This document shows, in pieces, positions 37,443-49,155 of a DNA stretch of 64,000 nt (position 1 is its first letter; each line of letters starts with the position of its first letter). A model generated the notes under the pieces. It worked only from the letters and a program-made list of their open reading frames with translations. It ran no database searches and was not told where the DNA came from. The translations under genes and the position numbers were made by a program. This stretch comes from Phaeosaccion multiseriatum (taxonomy: Eukaryota > Protista > Ochrophyta, other classes), in the NCBI GenBank assembly GCA_965112735.1, contig OZ218953.1, positions 5,518,001-5,582,000 on the forward strand. The letters run 5' to 3'.

Positions 37443-38382
37443 CTAGCCTAAGTCGTGGAAGAGCCTGACGGTCCCGTCGGCCCCCGCGGAGAAGAGCCAG
37501 GGCTGCTTGGGATGGAAGGCCATGGCCAGCACCCCCACGCCTCCGCTCACCGCATGGCCCCGGAGGATCTTGAGAGGCACAATTAGGGGGTTGCGCAGAA
37601 GGTCGCTGTAGACCATTGCGTGGAACACGTGCACGGTTCCGTCGTCACTGGCGCTGGCCATGAGCGGGTAGGAGCGATGGAAGGAGGCCGCCCGCACCGC
37701 CTTGGTGTGGTATTTGAGCGTCTTGTACGGCGTGGAGGACAGGTCCAAGTCGAACCAGCCCACTCGGCGGTCGTAGCTGCCCACAATCACGTGGTCGCCC
37801 CCCGGGTGCACGGCGATGCTGCTGATCCACTTGCAGCCCGTGAGCAACTTCTTGACGAGCTTCTGCTGCACGAGGTGATACACGCGCACGTGCTGCTTGC
37901 TGGCCACGAAGAAGAAGGGCTTGGAGGGGTGGAAGGACACCGCCTGCACCTCCCCCTTGGCCTTGCGGAAGGGCAGCTGCGTACCCACCTTTGAGATCTG
38001 GTGGATGGCCACGGCCCTACTGCCGCAGTTCAGCGCCACCGTGGCGAGGTAGTCTCCCTTGCGGTGCCAGGCTACCCAGTTCACGTCCCCTGCACAGCGG
38101 AGCACCACCCGGGGGCCCACCTTCCTTGCAGCTGCGGCGGCGGCCCTCTTCTTGCCCTTCTTCTTGGCCTCCGCGGCCACCTCCCATTGCACCGCCTTGC
38201 CCTCCTTCTCGGGGTCCACCTGTGAGGAGTAAGCATGAAACAAAGGAGGGACCAACCGAACCAAGGAGGTTTGGTAGCGTCCAAAGGTGCTCACCACGCA
38301 CTCACTCTGAGAATGAACCCGAACCTCCCCAACCCCTTCACAATGGTGTCTCTCCTCCGCCTTCTCCTCCCCCCCCCACCCC

Positions 38383-38441
<59 letters not shown>

Positions 38442-40524
38442 CTGGCCGCCTGCCTCGGCTGCTGCAAGGAGAGCGTCGGTGATGTCCGTGTCGTCTTGGC
38501 TGCCCGTGCCTGTGGCAATCAGCACCACGCACTTGCCCACCGCCACGGCCAACAAGTGGTGCTGGCGGTTGGGGTTCCATTCCATCCTGGCCACACCGCT
38601 GCCGCCGCCGCTCGCTCCGTTGCCGTAGCCGCTCAGGTTCCAGGTCCTCAAGCGTCTCGCGGTGGAAACCTCCCAGAGCATGACCAGCCCGTCATCGTCC
38701 CCTGACGCCATCCATTGCCCGTCCTCGGACACCACCACACTCCGCACCGCGGCACTGTGCCCCAGATACTGCAGCGCCAGGGCATTGGGGAATGGTCGGA
38801 GATCGCGCGGTTTCGGCAGCTCGGGAACGAGGGACTCCGGGTCGATGTTGAGGCGCCGCTTCAGCGCTCGGGGGCAGAGGTACAGGTCCAGGCACCGCTC
38901 AAAGCGCTCACGCACAAGGCCCTCGAACACGCCCACCTCGCGCAGGCTCTTGCAGCTCTTGGGCAGGAAGGAAGTGGGCCGCTCCTCAGGGTCCATCTCC
39001 TCCCATGCCTGTGGTGAACAACGACATTCGGTGCGAAGCAGCGGTACATGCACATGAAGAAAATAAAAAGAACAGAGGCCTCACTCTTTCAGGTTCAAGT
39101 CGTTCCTATCGCCCCAACCCCTGCCATGCCCCTGCCCTCTGTATGCCCGTCACACTGCTGAGACGAGGAGGAGAGCGGTGCCACAAAGCCCCAGAGAGCC
39201 TCCCTGCTCTCCCCTCGCCCTCCCCTCCCCTCCCGTCCTTTGCCTCCCTCCCTCCGGAGGTTAGGCTCAGGCTCACCTTCTGTTCCTCCGGCGTCAGGAG
39301 GTACTCCGGAGGCGGCCTGTAGCTCTCCGCGTGTCCCGGCAGAGCAATCTTGGGGGCTGGGATGTGCATCGGGCCCTTCCTGCCGCGCGAATCGAGCAGC
39401 TCGTCGTCCGCTTCGTCGTCCCGCCACATGGGATACACCTCGGGCTTCTCCTCTGGCTTCCTGTCGAGCACGATCCTCCCCTCCTTGATGCCCTGCACCA
39501 GCTTGTTTACCTTCATCATCTCCCACTTGCTCGGCACGAACCTCCTCTTTGGCTCGTCTCCCGCGTGCAGGCTCGTCACCATCCTCTCGTGCGTGTAGTA
39601 GTCAACGTAATCCGCCTCTGCCTCGAACTCGGGGTGAGGGAAGGCCCCGCCCTGTATCCTCCTAATGATCTCGAGCTCTCTATCCGTCAGCACGATATCA
39701 CGCTGGTTGTAGGCGTCATAGACAGTCCGGGTGAAGTTGGGGTCATCTCGAGCCGAGAGGGCCGCATCGAGACCGTCTCCCGACGCTCTCTTGGCAATCT
39801 TACTCCCCGTGTTGTCATAACCAATGTGGTCGTACTCATCGTACCAATGGAGAGGCACCCGGCCGATGGTGTTGCGGTTGCTGCGGTCCCCCTCCTCTCC
39901 CTCACCAGCATCGTCGTCGCTAGACAAGTCGTCAGTGTGCATAGCTCTGGCAACAGCAAGTGATCCATCTGCCTTTGAAGCCTGTATGCAAGGGCGTTCA
40001 ACAACCAGGACAGCAGAGATGCATGAACCACAGAGGGCTGACATCAGGCCCTGGCCAGGAGACCCACCACCTTGTAAGGGGGACTGGGAGACTTAATCCA
40101 TCATCCCGTCCCTCATTCAAGCAACGAGGGATCCTTACCTGCAGTGAGCCTTCTCTATCCGCCATGGACCATGAACGCGGCTGCCGCTCCTCCTCGATAA
40201 CAACACGGGCGCCTTCATCCTCGTCCGACGACTCTTCGCCTTGCTGGCGGAGGGTATCCTCGTCCTCGCTTGAGCTTCCCTGATCCTCGAATTCCTCCTC
40301 ACTACTACTGTCACCCCCCCCCCCCCCCCCTCCTCCTCCTCCTCCTCCTCCTCCTCCTCCTCCTCCTCCTCCTCCTCCTCCTCCTCCTCCTCCTCCTCTT
40401 CCTCTTCCTCTTCCTCTTCCTCCTTCTCCTTCTGCCTCTGTCCCCGCTTCTGCGTCTGTTCCTGCTCCTGCTCCACGTCCTTTCTTTGCTTTTCCTGCCG
40501 CTTGCTTCCCTTCTTCTTCACCAT
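37443..40524 (-). CDS. BOP1: Ribosome biogenesis protein BOP1/Erb1 (WD40), 4 exons; apparent frameshift in exon 1 at a G-run
   Basis: NTIGRVPLHWYDEYDHIGYD, EPKRRFVPSKWE, PAPKIALPGHAESYRPPPEYL, ERFERCLDLYLCPR, LRPFP, VYSDLLRNPLIVPLKIL and FHPKQPWLFSAGADG. Confidence 0.96.
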
Positions 40525-40658
40525 TTCCCCCTTTTGTGGCCGATGGCTCTCAGCGCTCCACTGCTTAGGCCTGGGCCATTGACTTACTCTAGAAACTCAA
40601 AGAGAGGATCGAGAGAGTGCGCAAAAAAAAAAAAAAAAAAGGGCTTGGTGATGCCGCA

Positions 40659-43600
40659 ATGGCAGCTCATCTAGAGGATAATGCTCCGACCTTGATACCA
40701 GAGTTGTCTCAGCTCTTGGATTCTCTCTGTGGACTGTACCATGTACCAGCGAGTGATGATCTGTGGCACAATTTGCTGGTTGTTCGAGGAGAGGAGCTGT
40801 GTGCTCGACTGGGAGATGTCCACCCAAGTTTGGAGGATGAGGTGGGCGCCTTGCTGGTTCACAATCCGTCCACATTCAACTTTGGGACACTACTGCAGCA
40901 GACGCTATGGGCCACCGGTGCTCTGGGGGAAGAAGAGGAGCCATACACGAAAGCGCGGGCAGGAATGCGGTTGGTTGGGGCCATCGTGACGCATCTGCTA
41001 TCGCGCCAACTGTCACTGCGCGACCTCCGGACTCACTTCCGTTGCAGTCAGGGGCAGGATCTAATGCCGCCTCTTCTTGACGGGCTCATGCGCATATGTG
41101 GCGCAGCAGCAGTGGTGGCAGCAGCCCCCCCTGCACCAATAGCAGGGCCGCTTCCTCCGCCGCTGCCTCCGCCGCCAATATCACCAACATCAGCGACACC
41201 AGCACCAGCACCTGCAGCGCCATATGCGTCATCATCCTCGAGTGCGATAGGTCAAGGCCCCCCACTAGCATCGGCATCAGGAGGGGGAGTCCGCGTCGGG
41301 GAGCGTTATGAGCTCCAACTGGCGGCGGTGGACTGCCTCATCGCGCTGCTCTCGGGACCCCTCTACCGCTCGTCTGTAGAGACGGAGGACGAAGAAGATC
41401 CCCTCGTGGCCACTGCTATGCTGGCCAACCCTGTGTCGTGTACTCGTGCCGTGGAGGGCCTCCTTAGACACTTTATCGCCAACCCGACCCCGCAGAGAAG
41501 CCGCGCAGGTGCTGCTCCGTCAAGGCGGCTGCAGACACTCGCGGCAGGCGGCACCGCTGTGAATGTGATCTTGAGGCAGGGATCCCTGCTCCACCCTCGG
41601 TTATTGCTTTCTCTAGCGGTGGTACCTGTGAAGGCTGCGTGGGCAGCAGTGTCGTACATTCTTCGAGTCGGGGGGGCGCTGGGAGGGCTCGAGGCCATCG
41701 AAAGAGAGCAGCGCATACACGACCGAAAGCAGCAGCAGCAGCAACACCACCACCACCACCGCCGTCAGCAACAGCATCGCCACAGCTGGTACCAACTGGG
41801 GGCGCAGGAGGCTTCGTCCTCGTTGTCGCCCCTAGCTCAGCACTCCGTCCTTTTGCTATTGCTGCTCGTGGTGGGTGGAGGAGGGGGGCGAAATAGCTTC
41901 TTGGACGCACTCAACCGTGTGGGGGACTCTGAGGCCAGGGACGAGGGGGAGAGGCCGCCAGCCACACCAGGGAGGGATGCACCACCGGGTGGAGGGGGTG
42001 GAGGGGGTGGGGAGGGTGATGATGCGCAGGATGGGTCTAGGCAGTGGGATGGGCCCGTCTTGAGCGTGCCCTACCGCAAGCTCTACACGGCGCTTGGCTC
42101 GGCGCTCAGCGGCGCGGAGGACCGGAACGGCGTCATTGGCACCGATGAGCACGTGGTGTTGCTGCTCTACAAGCTCCTTCAGGGCAACAATGGCTTCTTC
42201 CAGGCGGTGGCGGTGAGGAGCGACATCGACGTGCTGCTCCTCCCTCTTCTGCGGGACGTGTATCACGCAGACCAGGCCCGCGGGAGGGGTCAGCTGTACC
42301 TGCTGGCCATCAATGTGCTCCTCTTTACGCAGGACGCGGACGTCAACGCCAACGCCTTCAAACGGTGCGGCATGGGGGAGGTTCCTGCGCTTCCTGCGCA
42401 CTGCTGCCGTCTGTTTAGAGCACTTTCCACGACCAACCCAAGCAGCTTTTGTAGCTCCTTTTCTGCACATGGAATGTCTTTTCCTCACACTGCTCTTGTT
42501 CTTCATTGTCTTGTAACGCTCCTCGCTCTGCAACGGCTCTGCAACGCTCCTCAGGTCGAAGATTCCTTCCGTGCCTTGGTACAGCAGCCGCAGCCTCCAA
42601 GACGTGTCTCTCGGAAACCTTATGGTGCTCTCTGTGCTGAAACTCATCACATATACCACGGCCAAGCTCAGGGACCCCTACCTGCTGCAGAACTGCTTCG
42701 GTAAGTAAGACACTTACTTGATTGAGACCACAGAGGGGTTGTTTCTTCTCCACCCCCCCCGCGGCATACTCAAACTGCGTCTTTCCTTCTTTTCTTCCCT
42801 TCCGTGTGTGTGTATGTGTGTGTGTGTGTTCAGGCATATTGTCCAATATCGCCCCTCATGTGGAGCACTTGGACGCGTACACCGCCGACCGCATCGTGGA
42901 CGTGCTGTTGGCAGCCTCGAACAAGTGGCTGGGCCTTCAGCGGAGTGGTGAGTGGAGAGAGAGAGAGAGAGAGAAGAGGGGTGGCGCTTGCCCTCCGTGT
43001 TGACGAGTCTGTATATCCTTGGACCTTGTTGCGTTCTCTTGGCTGCTGCCTCTTTGCTGCTTTGGTCGCGCAGGAGAGATCTCTGCTGTTGCGGCGGCTG
43101 CGGAGGGGGTGGATGAGATGGAAGACGACCTCCGAGAACTGCTCGAAGAGGTGAGAGCTGAAGGGGGAGTGGCGGAGAACGGAAGGACATGCGCCTTCCG
43201 GAGGGGAGTATTACGCGTCGCATTCTGGCGGTGGCCGTTTCTCTTTTTCGTTCATGCACGTGGCGTGGACGTCTGCTTGCGATGCCCTCCTTACTCCCTA
43301 CGAGAATGAAGGCCCTGCTCATGCTGCTGCTCTCCTGCTGCCTTGTCTCACTCGATCGCTCCCCCGCTGCTGGGCAGGCGTACGGCGAGACTGTGCGTGT
43401 GGTGCTAAGCTTGGTGTGCAAAAGCATCCGCCCTAAGCGCCTGGTGTCGAACAAGATCCTTCTGTACAGCCTACTCCACTCCGAAGGGGCCGTCTCCACG
43501 CTGCTCGCACACCCCCTCGTGGTCTCTGGCGGCTGGGCGGGCTCCTCGCTGCCCGCTCTCATGGCACACTTTCGAGCCTTGCTGGAGGCGTATGACGGAG

Positions 43601-44022
43601 GCTTCTTGTCGGTGGACGCGGCCAATGAGGTTGTGGAGCAGGCGGCGAAGAACTATTCGGCGGAGTGTGGCGGCGCCTCTGGAGGGCAGGGGGGGCATGG
43701 GGCAGAGGAGGGCAGGGCAGGCTTCGACGGAGCAGCAGCAGCAGCAGCACAGGATGACGGCCCTGCCACCTTTGAGTACGAGGAGAACGAAGAGTCGAAG
43801 GCGTTCTTCGTGCCCTACGCGTGGGAGTGCGTCCTCGCAGTGGCGGGGGGCTTGGTAAGAAGGGACGCGATTGAGCTGTTTTTTGTCCCAGAAGATGAGC
43901 CCCTTCCGAAGGATCCGAAGGACGGGGTGGCAGCGACTGAGGTGGCTCCCGATCTGCCTAGCGAGAGGCAGGGAATGAGCCGGCCACTACAGGAAGATGA
44001 GGAAGGCGAGGAGCAAGTATAG
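40659..44022 (+). CDS. DYM: Dymeclin-family protein, multi-exon
   Basis: LLYKLLQGN...RSDIDVLLLPLL..Y, QLYLLAINVLLFTQD, VPWY..RSLQDVSLGNLMVL, LRDPYLLQNCFGILSNIAP, LDAYTADRIV, N..LLYSLLH and FEYEENEESKAFFVPYAW. Confidence 0.88.
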
Positions 44023-44129
44023 AAAGAGCGCAGCAGTTTTACATCCAAGTATATAGTTAGTGTCTGTGTCTCTTTTACCCCACCCCCCCCCCCTCGCTAT
44101 GTATATATCAATACCCTATTAAGCCGACG

Positions 44130-44915
44130 CTATAGCTCATCCTCGTGTAGCAGACAGTTGGGGATGCCTTTGCAGATGGGGAACTTCCTGCCGCTCTCTG
44201 GACACACCAAATGCCCCTCCATCACGTGCACCTCGAGCAAGGCGTGATGCACCTTGCGAAGGAAGCTCTGCGTGAGGAGGGAGAGAGGGGGGGCAAGGGG
44301 TGGGGGGGGCGAGACGGGGCGCAATCAAATCTTCTGTGGGTGCTTGGCCGAGCAAGCACGGTAGAAGGTGGAAGAGCCAAGGCTGTAAGGAGGGGCGAGC
44401 CATACGATACAGAAGGGCGCTCACTATACCAGCGGGCACACGTTCGATGGGACGATACAGAACGCTTCTTGCCTCCAGGCTGTTCGAAAGTTGAGACAAA
44501 GCATCGTCCACTTGCTGCCGACACAATGCGGCGAGCTTCTGGATAGTATGCTTACAGAGTGACTCACTGTTCCCACAGACGCAGCAAGGGCGTAACTCAC
44601 CTCGTCTTCCCTGTCCTCTTCCCCTATTTGCTCCGGTAGTGCATCCAGCTCCAGCCCCTGCGCCGCCCCTCGAAATGCCTCCCAGTCGAGCTTGGGCAGG
44701 AAGGCCTGGATAAACTCTGAACAGAGAAAGAAAAAAAGACAGCAGCAGCAGTAGAAGCAGCAGCAGTAGCAGCACCAGCAAGAGGAGGAGGATGAGCGAG
44801 AGACGGAGGAGGAGGAGGTGGAGGAGGAGGAGGCGAGCAGCAGCAGTTATGGGACACGAGACGGAGGGCGGGAGAGGACCTCACCCACCCACCCACCACC
44901 CCCACACCTCGTCCT

Positions 44916-44986
<71 letters not shown>

Positions 44987-45123
44987 CTCTTTCTCCATAC
45001 TTTCTCACCTGCATCAAACTCTACCTCTTGCACCTCCACCGTGTCAGCCTCTATGATGAAGGGGAAACCATTGGTGACCCCGCGTATGTTGCACTGGAGC
45101 ATGTTGTGTGTTATTAATCGCAT
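44130..45123 (-). CDS. TRM112: Methyltransferase activator TRM112, 3 exons
   Basis: [22 protein letters not shown]...EFDA|[12 protein letters not shown]...|[44 protein letters not shown]. Confidence 0.96.
44919..44980. repeat. (CT)n/(AG)n microsatellite near the 5' end of TRM112 intron 1
   Basis: Seen directly. Confidence 0.95.
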
Positions 45124-45350
45124 TTGGGCCTCCACCTCGGAGGTTGCTCCTTCTGGCTCCCACGACAGGACCGCTCCTCTGGTCCGTCCTTCCGCAACGA
45201 GGCACTCGGATTCTTGAGGGAGGTGAGAGGGATAAGGAAAGAGCGCAGTAAGAAAAGGCTGTAAAGATGGGCGTGGAGGAGATCAGGACATTGGAAGGAG
45301 AGAAGGGACGAGGGGGGAAGGCAGCAGAGGGCGCAAGGCCGAGAGAGACT

Positions 45351-45393
45351 AAACTGAAACTGAAACTGTATCTCTAAACTTAAACTGAAACTG
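45351..45393 (-). promoter_or_regulatory. Clustered TTTCAGTT (Inr-like) motifs in the TRM112/GNAT divergent promoter
   Basis: aaactgaaactgaaactg...taaactgaaactg. The same motif occurs upstream of three other - strand genes. Confidence 0.35.
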
Positions 45394-45437
45394 CCCGTTG
45401 GATTATCTGCCCACCCTGAAGCAAAAGAGGATACAGA

Positions 45438-47215
45438 ATGCTTGCCACGAAAGCGCCTTCCGCCACGGTGACTGAAAAGTCTGCTACGGAGAAGTCTGCA
45501 GCAGCAATGTCACCTTCTATGCTAGACTTTCGCTTCGCAGACGAGGAGGACGTGGGCGACATTGCGGCCCTGGTGAACAAGGAGTACGAGCTTGAGCAGG
45601 GAGAGGACGGGCTAGCGTTCGTCAAGCCTGGCACCACCAGGATCAGGACAGAAGATGTGAGAAAGCTTAACCTGCAGCACACGCTCTGCTCTCTTTGAAC
45701 AGGGGAATGCTCCCTGAATGGCAAAATCTCAGGAAAATCTCATCCCCGCCCCTCCCCCCCCTCTCTTAGTCATCGCCGCACCCTTCCTGCCCTCTCGCCC
45801 TGTCTCTATTCATCGTCGCGTAGGTGCAGCAGGCCTTTTCGATGCGAAGCTGCAGATGGCTGGTGATGGAGACCCCGAGACCCGAGGAGGCCCTCGTTGC
45901 AGCGATGCTACTGGAGGTGGGAGAGGGAGGTGAGGGCGTCGAAGCAGCAGCAGCGGCGGCCGCAGGAGGAAGAAGGCATAGTGGGCTCCACGCTTATAAT
46001 TTTGTTGGGGTCTTTGAAATGGATGGGAGGTCCTTTCTTGGACGACGTGAAAGCTCACTCCCTGTCGTTACTCCGTCCAAACCTTACCCTCCGTCCCCTC
46101 CTCCCATGACACCTGCCTACGGGTGGTACCCCAGCCGGCAAGACCTCTGACCGTCGTGCACTTTACTCTCTCTTCTTCTTTCCTTCTGCGCCTTCAGGGA
46201 AGGCCGCTATACACTTCATGGCGGTGGCTGGGGCGTCTCAGGGCCAAGGAGTGGGGTCGGCTCTGCTGAGGAAGGCGGAGGGTATAGCGATCAGTCTTCG
46301 CTGCAGATTCATGTCAGCCCAGGTTCCACAGTGGAGAAGCGATGTCCTGGGGTGGCTGCAAAAGAGGGGCTATCGGGAGACTGGCGGGGGGCTGATGGAT
46401 GCGCCGTACCTCACGAGGAGCACCGTGTACACCATTCAGACCAGAGACCTTCTCGCAGACAAGTCGGTACGTGTTGATGTGCTAGTATCGCTCCGAGGGG
46501 AGTCATCGTGCCTTCCCCAACTGCCACAAAGAGGAACGTATGTCCGTGGCTGTCACAAAGGCAGCACCACCAGCAAGACCTGCCCCCCAGCTTTGGGGAA
46601 TCTCGGTCTGAGTCTTGCTTCCCTTCCCTCGTCCTCGCCGACGGACGACACGATACACAGGTGAAGGAAGACTTCGGCCCAGGAAGCGTTCGCTATGTCG
46701 CTGCTGCCGCTGCCGCCGCCGCTGCTGCGGATGCTGCTGCTGCTGCTGCAGCAACAGCTACTGCCGATGCCGATGTCCCCCCCCCGATTGCTGCTAGTCA
46801 TGGTGGGGTAGCGGCTGCACTAGGCAACGGAGGGACGGGCGGCAGTAGCAGCAGCATGCCTGCTATCTCCAATGTATTAGCGGGCCTCTTACTACGGGAC
46901 CTTGACAGCAGGGGTGATGGTGATGTTGCAGCAGCGGCGTCCACCGCAGGCGTGCAGACGCTGAACCTCTCAGACGCCTTGTCTACCATGGGGAAGCTCG
47001 AGCCTCCTGCTGCTCCTACTTCTACTTCAAGCGGCGCCAGTGGTGGTGCTGCTCAGCCATCGGCAGCACAGAGCGAGACAGAGGCCGATAGCGAGGGGGA
47101 GAGCATGGAGGGGCTGCTCGCGTCTCTCATGAGGAGCCTGCACACGAAGGAGGGGCGCGAGGACTTTAGCAAGATGATCCGCGAAGACCAACAACTTCCT
47201 CCCCCGCCTGCCTGA
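45438..47215 (+). CDS. GNAT-family N-acetyltransferase, 4 exons
   Basis: FRFADEEDVGDIAALVNKEY, acetyl-CoA motif A FMAVAGASQGQGVGSALL, and WLQKRGYRETG. Confidence 0.8.
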
Positions 47216-47227
47216 CCCCCTATAGAT

Positions 47228-47358
47228 TCGACCCTGGACAAGATTACGGTGTACACCGGCCATAATCAGAAATCAGGCCGGCTGGCGCCGCTCATAACCA
47301 GTAATCAGGCCGGCTGCGCCGGCCGTAATCAGTAATCAGGTAATTTGGCTAGGGTCGA
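47228..47358. mobile_element. ~130-bp element with ~20-bp imperfect terminal inverted repeats and three internal direct repeats (MITE-like)
   Basis: Left end TCGACCCTGGACAAGATTAC versus reverse complement of right end TCGACCCTAGCCAA-ATTAC. Three internal units end in (T/A)AATCAGG. No clear target-site duplication. Confidence 0.4.
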
Positions 47359-47383
47359 TTATTTGCTTCCTTTCGATTTCTTG

Positions 47384-49087
47384 TCATAGATCGGCCCCGC
47401 TCCATCCCCTCTCCGCTTGGCGCCTCTCCTTCTTCTTGGCCGCATGCCCGCCCCCCCACTTGAGCACGCTGGAGGCCCTCCTCTTACTACTTGCACTCGC
47501 ACCTGCTGCTCCTCCTTCTCCCCTGACCCCAGCCACCTGCTTGCCGTTGTCCGTGAGATCAGCCTCACTGGCCGGCACGGTCACGCCCTCTGACACGCAC
47601 AGGGGACACCGCACGCTGGCCTCTTTGCCAGGGGTCTTGTCGGGCTTGAGCGACATGCACTTATCGCACATGAGCACGGGAACACCACAGGTCCAGCACT
47701 TCTTCTTGCCGATATACCTGTCCCAGGCCTCGCCACACACACAGCACCTCCCCCTCTGCTGCTCCGCTTCCTTGCTCTTTCTGTTTTTCTTGTTCTTCTT
47801 GGCCTTCTTTGCGGCGGCTGCCCCCCCCTTGTCCTTCCTGACAACTCCCCCGACACCAACGGGATCATCCACCCCGACAGCCTCCCGCTTGTCAAAGACG
47901 TAATTCTTCCCATTCCAGTGCCCCCCGTCGGGAAACTCCTTGAAGTACCTCTCCACGCCGCCCTGCAGCTGGAAAACACCCTTCACGCTGTCTCCGATCT
48001 GGCGTTTGAGGAAGGCGCTGGCCCTCTCACACCTCACACCGCCCGTGCAGTACATGAGCACGTCCTTGCCCTCCAGCTGCTTCTTGGTCTCCTCCTTGGC
48101 AAGCCAGGCGGGGAAGTCCGTCGACTTGCGCATGTGTGGGTCAATGTACGTCGCTCCTCCCACCTTGGCCTGCCCGTCAAAGCGGCCAATGTCCGCCTCG
48201 TAGTGGTTCCGCACGTCTATCACGACCGTGCCATCCTGCTCCAGCTTGCTGTGGAAGTCCGCAGGGGGGAGGTGCACGCCGCCAGATCCCAGGGGGGCCT
48301 CCTCCTCCCCCACCCCGTAAAACACAAGCTCGTTCACGGGCAGGATCTTCAAGTCTTTGAAGGCGCGGTCGCTGGGCAGCGCATCTATGAATTTCCAATC
48401 TGTGTTGGCAAACACTTGCGCATCGAAGCTCTGTAGTTCTCTGGTGAGCTCCCGAACAGCCGAGCTGGTCCCTGACACGGTGGCGTTGAGCCCTTCACAC
48501 GCCACGCGGATACGGCCGCCGAGGTCATGCTTCTCGCCCACCTTGATCAAGTGCTGCACAAGCCTCTCCCGCGTGGCCTTGGACCACGCAGGGGTGGCGT
48601 ATTGGTAAAAGAGAAGAAGGGCGCACGAGCTGGTGGAGCCCAGAACCGTGGACTTCATTACCTGAGCGGTAGGAAACCTGTGGGGGGCGCAGCAGAGAAT
48701 TTCGATACGAGAGACAAAGGGAAAATCGCATCCGTGAGTGGCAACAGGAGGAGAGGGGGGGAGAGTAGGGTAGGCTCACCAAGCTCCGAGCTTCTTAGTC
48801 TTTTTCACGCTCTTGTTCTCGTCAGCTTCCGCGTCTTCGGCCACCTCGCCACGCTTCTGCTGGATCTCATCAGGGCCGGAGATCGCCGTCTCACTGGCCT
48901 CAGCAGGAGTCGAGGTAGCAAGAGCGGCGTGAGAGGCAATTCCTGCGGCTTGCTGGACCTTCTTCCGATCTTTCACCAGCTTCTTTCTCTCCTGTTTACT
49001 GAGCCGCCTCTTCTTGCCCCCCTCACCCCTCTCGTCTTCCCCCCTCGGTCTCTTGGCTCCCGCAGCTTGGTCTTCATCAGAGCTCAT
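47384..49087 (-). CDS. Rhodanese-domain protein of the TrhO/YceA (UPF0176)/TSTD2 family, 2 exons
   Basis: LLFYQY, GRIRVACEGLNATVSG, GGVHLPPADF, VIDVRNHYEADIGRF, MYCTGGVRCERAS, QLQGGVERY, WNGKNYVFDKR and a C-terminal Cys cluster. Confidence 0.9.
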
Positions 49088-49155
49088 CAGGGGGAGAGAA
49101 CGAGAGAACCGTGATTTTGTGGCTGCACATGTTGCCCCTCCATCATGATCCTCAA

